From: Amoebidium appalachense
Taxonomy: Eukaryota > Protista > Ichthyosporea
Length of the DNA stretch: 64,000 nt
Assembly: GCA_963693365.1 (NCBI GenBank)
Contig: CAVNZM010000002.1
Span: 10,286,328-10,350,327 of the forward strand
Direction: 5' to 3'
In this document: in pieces, positions 1-11,869 of the stretch
Layout of the letters: each line of letters opens with the position of its first letter
How positions within the stretch are numbered: position 1 is the first letter of the stretch
The notes under the pieces: model-generated
Databases searched by the model: none
Told to the model about the DNA's origin: nothing
Seen by the model: only the letters and a program-made list of their open reading frames with translations
Program-made: the position numbers and the translations under genes

Positions 1-20
1 CACGTCATTTTCGAATTCTC

Positions 21-400
21 TGGGACTTTTGTACACGGAACCCTGTGGGAGTTCGTTTGGCATAGTGGTCCTTTTTTTTTGTGTAGCTTGAGAGAGAATA
101 AACTTATTTATGATAAGAGTTATATGCATGGTGTATAGGCTGGAATCCTATGTGCATTTGCACCTACACTTGTTTCAGTTTTGCGAGGTTGGTAAGTGCT
201 GCTCACTCACTGGGACTTTTGTACACGGAACCCTGTGGGAGTTCGTTTGGCATAGTGGTCCCTTTTTTTTGTGTAGCTTGAGAGAGAATAAACTTATTTA
301 TGATAAGAGTTATATGCATGGTGTATAGGCTGGTATCTTATGTGCATTTGCACCTACACTTGTTTCAGTTTTGCGAGGTTGGTAAGTGCTGCTCACTCAC
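21..400. repeat. 190-bp direct tandem duplication (21-210, 211-400) containing a candidate 13-nt microexon
   Basis: Two near-identical copies, each starting TGGGACTTTTGTACACGG and ending GCTCACTCAC. Each contains tttcag|TTTTGCGAGGTTG|gtaagt (179-191 and 369-381). Confidence 0.9.
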
Positions 401-1767
401 GACTATCCCTTTCCATCCGATTCGAGTCGGTCACCTTTTCTCCCCCTGTCCGCTTATTCCTGTTTTGTACCAATTCACTCCCCCGCCACCCTGTTTACCT
501 TTGTGCACCCTTTTTTTTCCCTTCCCCTTGCACTCCCCCCCCCCCCCCCCCTCTCCCCCCCCCCACTCCCCCCTCCCCCTCTCTCTCTCTCCCTCTCCCC
601 CCCCCCCCCCCCCTCCCCCCCTTCTATCTTTTCTTTTTTGATCGTTTTGTTCTTCAGGCAGGCTCTCAAACCTTCCCGTCGCAGGCAACAACGTCCAGCT
701 CGAAAACGCAGCCGCAGCCGTTGAGTCTGTTGCTGCCGCGCCCGTAGCTGCCGTTCAGAAGGACCTCACGTCGTTCCTTCCTCACCTGGAAAAGATCTCC
801 AAATTGAGAACAAAGATTGCCGCGCTTGAACTTTCCATCGCTCAGGTTCCCCTCGCTACCACCCCGGAGCCCGCCGCTGCGCCCGCTGCACCCGAGGCAG
901 GGAAGAAAGGAAAGAAAGGGAAAAAAGAGGAGAAGAAGGAGGTGGTTGATAAGGTGAAGCTTGCAGCAAAGCTGGAAAAGAAAAAGGCCGAACTGGCACA
1001 GTTGGAGCAGACGGTGAAGACGGCGGGTGTTGATGTGGGGGCGGAGATAGCGAAGCTGGTGGGCAGTGCGGAGGAAAAGCTCAAGGTGAAGGAGGCAAAG
1101 GTGGCTATGAAAGAGGCGGCCAGGACCGTGGAGGAGGAACTGAGGTGTGTGCTGTTCTTTGGGGGGGGGGGGGGGGGGAGCTGAAGGCGGGAAGGGGGGG
1201 GGTTGAGAGGTGGGGGGAGGGGGGGGGGGACGATTCGGTTTTTTGTTTGTGCTGTTGATGGTTCTCGTGTCTAGATCTGCGTGTAGAGCTTTTGTGGTTT
1301 CTAAATGTTTACCGAGGGAAAGTCGGGGTGAAGGAGCAAGGGGGGGTTGGGGGGAGGGGAGGCTGTAGAACTTCGTGTTCTAAGGCATATTGTGTTTTAT
1401 GTTTTATGGATGAATGTTGTAATGCAGCTTCGTTGTGCTCTTCTCGTGCAAAGCCTTCTTGTTTTATCAATTGCTCAGCTTGCGTGTACCGTAATCATTT
1501 CCCAATCGCATCTCCCCTCGCATATCCCTGACTAACATCGTTTTTCTTTTTAATTTCAGGCAAGCGTGGGCCAGCAAGCTTGCAGCCGAAAACCGCACGG
1601 CATATGTGGAGCCCCTTCTGGGTGCCGTGGCAGGGCCCATTGAGTACACACAGGCAAAGATTGCAAAGCTGGAGGCTAAGCTCGAGGAGCAGAAATTCCG
1701 CCTAGCATATCTCCAGGAGAAGGAAAAGAAGGAGAAGGAGGCACAGGCAGCAGCACCTACTGCCTAG
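369..1767 (+). CDS. 3' part of a Lys/Glu/Ala-rich coiled-coil protein of unknown function (5' end outside the window)
   Basis: Exons 369-381 (or its copy 179-191), 658-1144 and 1560-1767 have GT-AG boundaries and matching phases. They give FCEVGRLSNLPVAGNNVQLENAAAAVESV...KKGKKGKKEEKKEVVDKVKLAAKLEKKKAELAQLEQ...EEELRQAWASKLAAENRTAYVEPLL...KEKEAQAAAPTA* (TAG 1765-1767). Codon usage is coding-like. Confidence 0.75.
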
Positions 1768-2281
1768 TAGATATAAGCACGGTGTTAGGGATACATGGTG
1801 GTTGGATATTTGGATAGATCTTGGTGGTGGGATTTCTGGATATGTAAGGGTATTCAAGTGGATTAGAATCTAATACGGAGGGCAGAGAATGGCTGCTGTA
1901 ACGTAGACAGTAGTGTATGCAGGATGCAGGCATATTTGCCTATTTTTCTTTTTTCGCCTCTTGATATTTCTAGGCAGCACTACACTGCTGCATTTAAGAG
2001 CATATCACGGACCAAGATAATTTCGAAGGCCGGTCTGTGTGTGCACTACATATAGGACGCATGGTGTAGTGGCTGCGATAGAATGAAGGATAATTATATA
2101 AACGCCAAAATAAACCACATTTACTATGTCGCTTTAGCCGGAAATGCGGGACGTGGCCACTACTACCCATTCCCCCCCCCCCTCCCCCCCCCCCCCCCCT
2201 CGAACATAGGCTGTAAGTACTTCATTCAAAGAATGCACACAAGTTGCCCGTCGTGAATGTGTACTTGGTGTGGTAAATCAT

Positions 2282-2522
2282 AATAGAAAAACAACTGGGC
2301 ATACCTTGTTGCGATGATGATTATGAGAGAAAATAGAAAAACAACTGGGCATATCTTGTTGAGATGATGATTATGAGAGACAATAGGAAAACAACTGGGC
2401 ATATCTTGTTGCGATGATGATTATGAGAGACAATAGAAAAACAACTGGGCATATCTTGTTGTGATGATGATTATGAGAGATATTAGAAAAACAACTGGGC
2501 ATATCTTGTTGCGATGATGATT
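2282..2522. repeat. 50-bp minisatellite, about 4.8 copies
   Basis: ACAACTGGGCATA(T/C)CTTGTT recurs at 2291, 2341, 2391, 2441 and 2491 (exact 50-bp period). Confidence 0.95.
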
Positions 2523-2659
2523 GTCTCTTTACGGCCCGCTTGTAGCATAGCAAGGGGATCACTGCACGTGAACCAACATTACGTGATAGAAACAACCATC
2601 TTAGTAAACCACCGCGGTAATCATTCAGGCATTCGTATCAGATTCACTGTTTAAAAAGT

Positions 2660-2795
2660 GTTGGGGTGACCTGTGTGCCACATGTGGGTGGCCATAGACT
2701 GCCAAGGCAATCTTCGCCATGCAAGTTCTCCATATGCAGCATGTGGGTGCCATTTTTGGCATTCAAGCTGCACAGAAACGGGCAGGTCACAGAGC
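2660..2795 (-). ncRNA. Candidate structured small ncRNA, copy 1 of 7
   Basis: Terminal stem GTGACCTG/CAGGTCAC and internal TGCAGC..TGCCA-AAAA-TGGCA..GCTGCA hairpin. Upstream motif (plus-strand TTGATTGTGGGA) at 2845-2856, 61 nt away. A T5 run follows the 3' end on the minus strand. Confidence 0.5.
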
Positions 2796-2939
2796 CGTGA
2801 GTGTGCACTGTGATCACATACATGTATATTGCGTTTATGGGTATTTGATTGTGGGATCAAAAAAAAGAAGAAGAAGAAAGGAAAAGAAGGCTGCATGGGT
2901 TTTCTTCTATCCGATGGTTTTTTAAATTCGTTCTCTTTT

Positions 2940-3057
<118 letters not shown>

Positions 3058-3157
3058 AGGGGAAGGGAGAGGAGGAATAAATAAAACCAGCAATCCAACA
3101 CCAATAAATTTGCACATTCTAAGAAGCATATAGCTACGCCAGCCCCCCCTCCCCCCA

Positions 3158-3195
<38 letters not shown>

Positions 3196-3395
3196 CCCCT
3201 CAACAAAAAAACTTTGAAAAAGAGACACACACATTCGCGCGCGCGCACACCGGCACACACATGCACTCACGCACGCACACGCACACACACACCACACTTC
3301 AATGGGGTTCTGTCTTGTGTTACGACAGGACTACATGACACCGCATGTACAGTGGGCCGGACCGTTGAGAGAATGCTTGCTTACAGCTGTAATTT

Positions 3396-3575
3396 GTTGA
3401 GGTGGCCTTTGTGCCATAGCATGGTGAGAGGCAGCAAAAGACTAGCTCTCAGATGTGTTCACGCACAATCCGAATACACTCGGATCAGGGTGGCATGCGC
3501 TCTATATCTGCATATGGTGCAATGTTTGACAACCGAGCTGCAGTTGCATGAGTTATGATGGGCAGGTCACCCAAC
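3396..3575 (-). ncRNA. Candidate structured small ncRNA, copy 2 of 7
   Basis: Minus-strand 5' GTTGGGTGACCTGCCC pairs with 3' AGGCCACCTCAAC. Upstream motif TTGATTGCGGGA at 3627-3638 (63 nt). Flanking similarity to copy 4 extends several hundred bp. Confidence 0.5.
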
Positions 3576-3872
3576 CTTATAATCACCATTGTAGCACCGA
3601 ATATGTAAAATGCAGTTTCCGAATGTTTGATTGCGGGACGAAATATGTACCCCAGGCCAGCATTTTGAGTGTGCGCGTAGGTTGTGATGTCACCGAACAT
3701 ATGCATGCATAGTAAGATATCTTTGGTTAAAACCATCAAGGTGACTCGCACGTGTTGTGTAGCGAGTGTTTACTTATAGGAGGCCTTGGTAGCGAGCCCC
3801 TCAGCCCCAGTAACCAGTCCCATGCCCTCCCCCCCCCCCCCCCCCCCCATTCCCTGCCTCCCCTTCATCGGA

Positions 3873-3906
<34 letters not shown>

Positions 3907-3986
3907 AAAACACACACACCGTATGCAAACGCACCTACACGCACGCATGTGCGCATGCCGAGCGTGCACACACACACGCACACACG

Positions 3987-4054
<68 letters not shown>

Positions 4055-4431
4055 CACATGCACATGCACACACATGCACACACACACGTGCACACAAATG
4101 CACACACGTGTGCGCGCGCACACACACACAGAGTCCACATTTTCGTAGGTGCCCTTGAAGTTCCCTTCTATCACTCCCTCTTGGGTTCGGACTACGTATA
4201 CAAGACATTACGAAAAAACATGATATCGCAGACATCCCGTAAGTAAGACGTATCAAAAAAGGAAAAATCACTCCGGCCGACAGGAAGCAAGTGGCGATTC
4301 GCGATCGGATTTTCATAAACCATCGAAAACCCCTAGAGTACTGGGGTAATACCGGATTGTGCAAGTAAGCCAATCGTCAGCGGGATCAATGTGAGATAAC
4401 TAAGTGTTAACTTTTTCTTTCGGCTTCAGGA

Positions 4432-4591
4432 GTTAGGGTGACCTGCATGATTCTGTGAGGATCAACAGAGCCACAATTGCTGCCCAACTTGGCAGCATGC
4501 TCTAAACTCACCCCTCTGCAGCATATGATGGTGCTTAAAATGGATGCACCGAGCTGCAGAGGATTGTGCCATGATGGGCAGGTCACCCAAC
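4432..4591 (-). ncRNA. Candidate structured small ncRNA, copy 3 of 7 (best folding)
   Basis: 5' GTTGGGTGACCTGC pairs with 3' GCAGGTCACCCTAAC (one bulge). Perfect 10-bp inner stem CCTCTGCAGC/GCTGCAGAGG (4513-4522, 4553-4562) and a second hairpin TGCTGCC/GGCAGCA. Upstream motif at 4641-4652 (61 nt). Confidence 0.6.
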
Positions 4592-4640
4592 CGTGTAATT
4601 ACACTAGAGCACAAAAGGGTGGATCGTGCTTTTGGAACTT

Positions 4641-4652
4641 TTGATTGTGGGA
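4641..4652 (-). promoter_or_regulatory. Putative snRNA-type upstream sequence element TCCC(A/G)CAATCAA (representative copy)
   Basis: The same motif occurs at 2845-2856, 3627-3638, 6268-6279, 7988-7999, 9028-9039 and 11288-11299, at near-constant distance from the hairpin. It resembles Dictyostelium DUSE (WCCCAYAA) and plant snRNA USE (RTCCCACATCG). Confidence 0.5.
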
Positions 4653-4653
4653 C

Positions 4654-4696
<43 letters not shown>

Positions 4697-5128
4697 GCAG
4701 GAACAATCCGATCAGTTTTGAAGTACACTCGTACTGGGCTGTGATGTTATCCAACACATCTATAATACCATTGGACGTCTAATGATCAAAACAATCACCA
4801 TTTACACCGCCTTGGGGGGAGGAGGGGGGGGAGAGGGAGGGGGGGGGAGCGAGGGGGGGGGGGGGGGGGGGGGAGGGATGGGGGGCATTATTACTTCCCA
4901 CACCATGAATTGCGACCACTCTACGGCCATTTCGTTATAAGGTCACATGCTTCGAGTTGGCAGCAGGACTCAAATTTAAAAAGGTTTTTCCTGTTCATAT
5001 CTCGCATTTTCCAAGTTTAGGATGACCATGTGTTTTAAATCATATGGGGCGTCCACATTCAGCACGGCTGTTGCTTTCTCTCTCTCTCTCTCTCTCTCTC
5101 TCCCCCCCCTCCCCCCCTCCCCCCCCCC

Positions 5129-5169
<41 letters not shown>

Positions 5170-5424
5170 TTGTTTTTGTGCCGCGGGGGGGGGGGGGGGG
5201 GGGGGGGGATGGAGCCTCTGGGGAGGAGGAGGAGGGGAGGAGGGAGGGGGGAGGAGGTGTACTACCAAAACCAGCCATGAACCTTTTTTATTTTTCTTTT
5301 CTTTTCTTTTGTGTGTGTGTGGGGGGGGGGGGGGGGGGATAGTACAAAAACCAGCAGTGAAACCCCCAAAATACGTCAACTATTAAACCAAAAAATTCTC
5401 TACCTCTCAAAACTTACAGCTAGG

Positions 5425-5486
<62 letters not shown>

Positions 5487-5527
5487 AGCTTGTTGTAGGA
5501 GGAATAGAGTTGTTTTTATTTCCCCTT

Positions 5528-5562
<35 letters not shown>

Positions 5563-5584
5563 GTGTGTGTTTGTGTGTGTGTGT

Positions 5585-5615
<31 letters not shown>

Positions 5616-5757
5616 TACAAAAACCATCAATCACTTGAAAACTCCGAGAAAAAAACCATAAACTTTCAAAGTTTAAAACAACATATCCGTAAACTCGCAA
5701 AACCCATTAGCCAGACGCCCCCTCCCCCCCCCCCCCCTCCCCCCCCCCTCCCCCCCC

Positions 5758-5789
<32 letters not shown>

Positions 5790-5830
5790 CCCCCCCCCAA
5801 ATACACACGCACAGGCCCGCAAGCACGCAC

Positions 5831-5872
<42 letters not shown>

Positions 5873-6042
5873 AGGACTCATGCATACACACCCACCCGCC
5901 ACCCACCCACACACAAACACGCGCGGGCGCGGGCAAAGACTCTGAGATTTTGTCCGTAAATTTGCTATAAGCACTGCACGGAAACTGACAAACACATATA
6001 CAGTAGGCCGTGCCGTATCTAGGAATTTTTTGCTTACAAGTT

Positions 6043-6226
6043 GTTGAGGTAACCCTTGTACCCATACCATGGCTGGGAGGCAGCAGGGAACCAGCCTTCA
6101 AATGTGCCCATGCACAATCCGAAGCACCCGGACCCGGATGGCACACAATCTACATGTGCAGTATGTGGTGCCATATATGGCAACTGAGCTGCAGTTGCAA
6201 TAGTTATGGCGGGCAGGTCACCCATG
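6043..6226 (-). ncRNA. Candidate structured small ncRNA, copy 4 of 7
   Basis: GGTGACC/GGTTACC terminal stem (G-U on the minus strand) and TGCCA-TATA-TGGCA hairpin. Upstream motif at 6268-6279 is only 53 nt away (short deletion; possibly degenerate). Confidence 0.45.
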
Positions 6227-7240
6227 AACCACGGAGCAACACATATGTGGACTGCAAATTTTATATGTTGATTGCGGGACAAAACAAGTCCCTGTGAGAA
6301 ACGTTGTAGGAAGACCCGTACGTTGTGATGTCACCGAGCATCATGATATGCAGGCTGAGACATCTATCATCAAACCGTCACGGTGTCAATGACTTTCTCG
6401 CGTTGTGTAGCCGCCCCTCAGCCACCAACCCGGCCCCATCCCCCCCACCCCCACCCCCCCCCCTCTCCCCCCCCCCCCCAACCCCGCCCCGCCCGCCCGC
6501 CCGCCCGCCCGCCAGCCCCTAAACATTCACGCACACACATATGCAGCACCGTCAAACACACACATACACATACACACACACACACAAATACACATACGCA
6601 CACCCCTCCCCCACCCCTCCCCCTAACCACCCTCACCCCCCCCACACACACACACACGTACACGTGGCACACACATACACACACACACACACCCCACCAC
6701 CACCACTGGCATCACCACCACAAACCCCACCGTACCGCCCGGCATTCCTAATATGGCTGTAAGGGATTGGATATACTATTGGACATTTGATTAATATATA
6801 ACCTTGGTGAGACACATGTCCGTAGCAGGCCTGAAATGGCACTTCCAGCGATAAAATGCACAGAAGTGTGTATGTGTGGAATTGGGGGGGGGGGGGGGGG
6901 GGGGGGGGAGAGAGAGAGGAAAATAGAGGAGAAATCGAGAGAAGGAAGAAGGTGAGAGAAATGCGGAGACTCTGAGGTCAGAGAAGTAGGGAACTTCTAC
7001 GGGAATTGAATCTTCATATGAGGTCCTCTCCCTTTGCCTATATATGATTCCCCTGCCTTTGAACCACCCTCCCGGTATCAGGATACAATACAAAACGAAC
7101 AAATGAGATAACTCAGATATCCTGGAAATGAGATGCGGTAAACAAGGAATATCACTCTCGGACAGCAGGAAGCGAGCGACGACTGAGATACAACCATACT
7201 CGAAAAAGTCCAAAACCCGGAAGGGCCCAACCACATCAGC

Positions 7241-7622
7241 AGAGTCAACTTGCAAAAAGCCGAACGATTCTGCAAAAAGCAAAATTATATTCTGCAAAAG
7301 CAGAATCACCCTGCTTTAGCAGAATTATTTATTCCGCAAAAACAGCAGAATTATTCTGCTTCGACAGCAGAACAATGCTGCTTTTTGCGGAATAATTCTG
7401 CCTTTAGCGGAATCATTCTGATAAAAGCAGAATAATCCTGCCTTTAGCAGATTGATTCTGCTTTTAGCAGATTGATTCTGCTTTCAGCAGATCGATTCTG
7501 CTTTTCCAGAATGCCAGTGATTCTGCTTTTAGCAGATTGAGTATGCTTTTGCTGAATAATTCCGCTTTTGCTCAATAATTCTGCTTTTTGCAGAATAATT
7601 CTGCTCAGAGCAAAGTTGACTT
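7241..7622. mobile_element. Foldback/MITE-like element built from about 20-bp palindromic subunits
   Basis: The ends AGTCAACTT / AAGTTGACT are inverted repeats. The interior is an array of degenerate GCAGAATNATTCTGC palindromes. A similar terminus GAGTCAACTTTGCAAAAA occurs at about 23910. Confidence 0.6.
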
Positions 7623-7768
7623 TACATATGCATGGGGGCCACTGCACGTTTACTGGCCACTCACTCCAGCCGTTATAACAGACCATAAACTTATAATCAT
7701 ATAAACAACAGACCGTTAGATGCTGAATTTTCCACTGGTTCGTAATATTTTACATAATTCATAGCGAT

Positions 7769-7937
7769 ATCGGGATGACCTGTAAGCCACCTTGGAGGCA
7801 ACTAGGGGCAATAGGTGGCCAGAGGCTGCAAAGGCAACATACCTCAACACAACAGAAGAATTGCAGCAACATGCGGTGCTATTGTTAGCAACCAGGCTGC
7901 AGTGATTGTATGGGCTACAATGGGCAGATCACCCAAC
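7769..7937 (-). ncRNA. Candidate structured small ncRNA, copy 5 of 7
   Basis: GGGTGATCTG pairs with CAGGTCATCC using two G-U pairs only on the minus strand. Inner hairpin TGCTA-ACAA-TAGCA is a compensatory change. Upstream motif at 7988-7999 (62 nt). Confidence 0.55.
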
Positions 7938-8848
7938 CGTGCCAGATCACAGTGAGTACATATATGTGGACTGTGCTTTTGAGATATTTAATTGCGGGAA
8001 TAACTTGTAGGTGAAAAAAATGCCTGGTTGAGGATATCGGGTGTCATTATGTTGGTACTTTGCCGTTTCAGTGTCAGGGTATAATGTATATTGGTTACAG
8101 TAAAAATATTACAGTAAACATATGAGCCTCTTTGAAAACCTTCAATCGCATGGCATCAGGAGAAGTCTGTTGTGAATTGTTTGCCTCGTACTCCATAGCA
8201 CACGTACATTCTACCCCCTCCCCCCCCCCCCCCTCCCCCCCCCCCCCCCCTCTCTCTCTCCCCCCTCCCCCCCCCTGGCCCCCTCCCCTCTCCTGGCCGG
8301 ATAATACTATATAGACTATGTATCGATGGATTTCTAAGAAAAACAATCTGAGTTCATGCTGTCTGTGTAGGTGTTATATGCTCAGCCAACACAGGTGACC
8401 GTCAACTTGCAGTCCTTCGAAACCCTCATTAGGAAGGACTCCCCCTCCCTCCGGATCCGCCCCCTCCCCCCCCCCTCCCTCCCCCCCCCCCCCCAACCCC
8501 CCTCCTCCCCACTCCCCCCTCCTTCTACCCCTGGTACTGTGGTGATTGACATGGGCCCCTTCGAGGGTGGGCTCTACTTTCTGCTATGCGGGATATATGG
8601 GCCATGGATTCACGGTGTACTCTGTACTCCTGCAAAACATTTTTGCTCCCCTACCCCTCCCTTTAGGCTTTTACGTAACCCCAGTTAAGTTAAAGCTCTG
8701 CAGTTGTGTATTACAGTTTTTGTGGCACTTGTCTAACGGAGCTTAGAACTTAAATGCCCTTACGGTATTTTTAAATCATGACGGCGCTTCAAGGGTGGCC
8801 ATTGCAATATATCTGCTTTAAATTATAGTCTTTTTTTTGCTGCATTTA

Positions 8849-8978
8849 TGTGGGCGACCATTGTGCAAGAGTCCTGCAAAGCGACATACACTCATGGTTA
8901 ATGTTGTTTGCCTGCAGCACATGATACCATGTGTGGTAACTAGGCTGCAGCTATTTTGGAATAAGCAGGTCACCCATC
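8849..8978 (-). ncRNA. Candidate structured small ncRNA, copy 6 of 7
   Basis: TGGGTGACC/GGTCGCCCA terminal stem (U-G on the minus strand). Inner CTGCAGC..TACCA-CACA-TGGTA..GCTGCAG shows a compensatory change. Upstream motif at 9028-9039 (61 nt). Confidence 0.55.
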
Positions 8979-9692
8979 CGTGGGAAAGGACTGCAAAGCA
9001 CACTGATAGCAACTTTCTTTTTGATATTTGATTGTGGGATGATGTAGGAGTTTTGGCTAGCAACCTTGTAGACCCTCTAGATCTTGTGCCAATTCGGTAT
9101 CGCCGGATTCTGGCATCATGGTAATGATTCGATTAGTTAAGTACAGTATATGGAAGGCAAGTCAATCATGCTCAAAACAAATGTTATGTCAAAGGCATTA
9201 TATAGAATCATTCACGTGACAACATATCCTGAGTTTTTAAAAAGTGCTGGTTGCTCTTACAAGGACGACATGTATTCATCAATAAAACACCTACAAGAAA
9301 CGCATGAACCACAAAAAAAACATTCTTTGCTGAGCGTCTTTGCTGAGCGGTGCTTAATATGGAAGAGCCCGGGAGTAGAAGGGGGAGGGGGGGGGGGGGG
9401 GGGGGGGGGGGCAAAGATAACTGACCCGTTACGGGGTGTGGTTCGGAGTGTCTCTGTCGTCTGGGGGTAGTAGAGGGAAACTCAGTGGGTATGGCGATAC
9501 AGTAGCTGCTGCAGAGTGCGTGGAAGGAGGCGACTGTGTGCGGGGTGTGAGGCATTGTGCGTGTGTAATATCTACATCTCTCCCTTCCTTCCTTTAGGGT
9601 CTCTATCTCTATCTCCATCTTTCTCTATACCCCCCCCCCCCCCCCCCTCTCTATCCCTCTCTCGTTATCTATTTTTCTCTCTCTCTCTCTCC

Positions 9693-9723
<31 letters not shown>

Positions 9724-9735
9724 ACCCTCCCACCC

Positions 9736-9795
<60 letters not shown>

Positions 9796-9959
9796 TTTGG
9801 TTTTTTTGGGGGTTGGAGGGGGGGGGGGGGGGGAGAGGGGGAGGGGTATCCATTCATGAAACCAGGAAATATGCAAAGATACCTGTGAATTATAAACCCT
9901 TATTAGCCAGGACCTGGTTGAAACCCCCCCTTTCCCCCCCCCCCCTCCTCCTCCTCCTT

Positions 9960-10152
9960 TCTCCATTGGACCACCACAACAGGATTTCCCGAAGCACGAT
10001 TCCCGGCCTCCTTCCCTTCTCCCCCTCACCCCCACCCACAGTGGCGCCCCTTCCTCCTGAGTCCCCCCTTTTATCCATCCTCCCCCCCCCCCCCCCCCCC
10101 CCCTTTCTATGTGGATAACTTGGGGTTTTCCCTGCGGATGGACTTTCCTCAC
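9960..10152. repeat. Dispersed repeat, inverted copy at about 12784-12965
   Basis: ACTTGGGGTTTTCCCTGCGGATGGACTTTCCTCAC (10118-10150) matches the reverse complement of GTAAGGAAAGCCCATCATCAGGGAAGACCCAAGT (12784-12817). Similarity continues across homopolymer tracts. Confidence 0.65.
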
Positions 10153-10801
10153 GGTGCGTACTCTTTGTGTATGTGTGTTTTTTTTTGTTTTTATTATTAT
10201 TATTATTATTATTATTTTATGTTTTTTGTTGGGGAAAGGGGGGAAGAGGGGGGGGGGGGGGGGGGGGGGGGGGGCGGGAGGGGGGAGGGGGGGGGGGGAG
10301 CAGAATTTTCATCGTGCTTCCCGGTGTGAATTGTTTACCTCGTACCCCATAGGGCATCCCTCCCCCCCCCCCCCCCCCCCCCCCCCTCCCCCCCCCCCCA
10401 AGCCGCCGCCGCCTGCCCGCCGGCCTTCCCGCCGGCCTGCCCGCCTTCCCTCCCTCCATTGGGTTCTCCTGTCTTTCTGTCATGGACTGTGCGTGCAGCC
10501 TTTTTTTCTAAAGCTTGGATGGGTATTCAAGTCGTACGTGTGTAAATGGCCGTGGCAAGTGCTGAGGCTATGCATCCAACATTAGCCAACTTGCAGTCCT
10601 TCTAAACCCATGCTGGGAACGAACGGGGGTGGTGGTGGTGGGGGGGGGGGGGGGGGGGGGGGATGAAGGCTGGAGAGGGCTCAGTGACTACGTTAGGCCT
10701 AGATATCTGCACAGTTTGGTCACGGAAGAGTATAAAGCCGTTTCAAAATACTGTAGGCCCAAATGAGCCAGAACTTCATATCGCTCAATCGCTCCGCACA
10801 G

Positions 10802-10853
10802 TGTTGCGTTTTCTCCGATGTTGCGTTTTCTCCAATGTTGCGTTTTCTCCGAT
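10802..10853. repeat. 17-bp tandem repeat x3
   Basis: (TGTTGCGTTTTCTCC(G/A)A)3. Confidence 0.9.
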
Positions 10854-11100
10854 GGTGGGAGCCTCGGGAACCAGGGAGACGGCCTGGGGGAAAATTTGCC
10901 AGGAGAAAGTCTCATGTGACACCCGTGACCTATCATAGTCTGCCACCTACCGGTCACACACGTGTTCTAACAGTATGACGTGTCACTGAGCATTTGGGCG
11001 TCAATAAGCAAACTCTGAGGCTCAGTGGTGCATCTATTGCGCACCACCGTGACGACGTTTGCAGCCCGTTTGCAATCGTTCTTTAGTGCTAATGTAGCAT

Positions 11101-11238
11101 AGGGGTAACCCGTAAGTTATATCACGTACTTGCATGGCGATGCACCATCAGCTACGTAGTCGTCTGCAGCACATGGTGCCATACATGGCAACCAGCTGCA
11201 GCGATCTTACCATAATAAGTAGATTAAGTTCACCCACT
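11101..11238 (-). ncRNA. Candidate structured small ncRNA, copy 7 of 7
   Basis: GGGTGA/TTACCC terminal pairing and inner CTGCAGC..TGCCA-TGTA-TGGCA..GCTGCAG. Upstream motif GTGATTGTGGGA at 11288-11299 (61 nt). Confidence 0.5.
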
Positions 11239-11339
11239 CGTAAAATCACTGTGTGCACAGGCTATGGGAAAAATATTTTTTCGGTATGTGATTGTGGGAG
11301 AAAAGAAAAAGAATAATGCCCAAAAGCAATCTGGTCGGA

Positions 11340-11869
11340 AGTTTCCGAGTTGTGATATAGAGTATCATGGTAGGGCTCTTGAGCCTGTGCTTCTTTTTAT
11401 ATTAGAGACTCGTCTATTTTCTTTACAATCGTTGTGTAAATTAGCTACTTATATTTATCCTTCCTCTCGTAAACCTACCACACTTACCGATTTTGCAATT
11501 CTAACCCCTCCTTGTGATATAGCTTGGAAATGTTTATTTTGGCGCTGTAACCTTTGTTTCCATAAATGTTTGTGCCACTTTTGTGCTGAACCTTTTTCTC
11601 GTAAACACTTAGATAGATGTATTTATTTATCTCAGATTATTCCGTTAGAAATTAGAAGACTGGCTTATTTAAATAATCCTGATATTACGTCTATTGACTA
11701 TCTGTTGAACCACGGTATGTTTAACGAGTTTTCTAGGGTGTATGATTATTTAAGTCGTTATCTCCTCCGTATCCGAGAGTGAGGGCTTTTGTATTTTTCT
11801 TCTCCGAGATATCGGTGATATCTCGATGGCTTCTATTTTGCTGAGCATATCAATAAAGTCATTATATAA
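11340..11869 (+). other. AT-rich intronless ORF fragment, possible NUMT or other foreign DNA
   Basis: Strongly T/A-ending codons unlike host genes and no microsatellites. Reading TGA as Trp (11780, 11816) extends the frame to TAA at 11867-11869. No homolog recognised. Confidence 0.4.

Noticed and set aside
658-1767. Calling the coiled-coil gene valyl-tRNA synthetase from VDVGAEIAKL
   Set aside because: The similarity is a short generic coiled-coil phrase; no catalytic motifs in the window.
2282-2522. 50-bp periodic repeat as a CRISPR array
   Set aside because: No unique spacers, no cas genes, eukaryotic context; an ordinary minisatellite.
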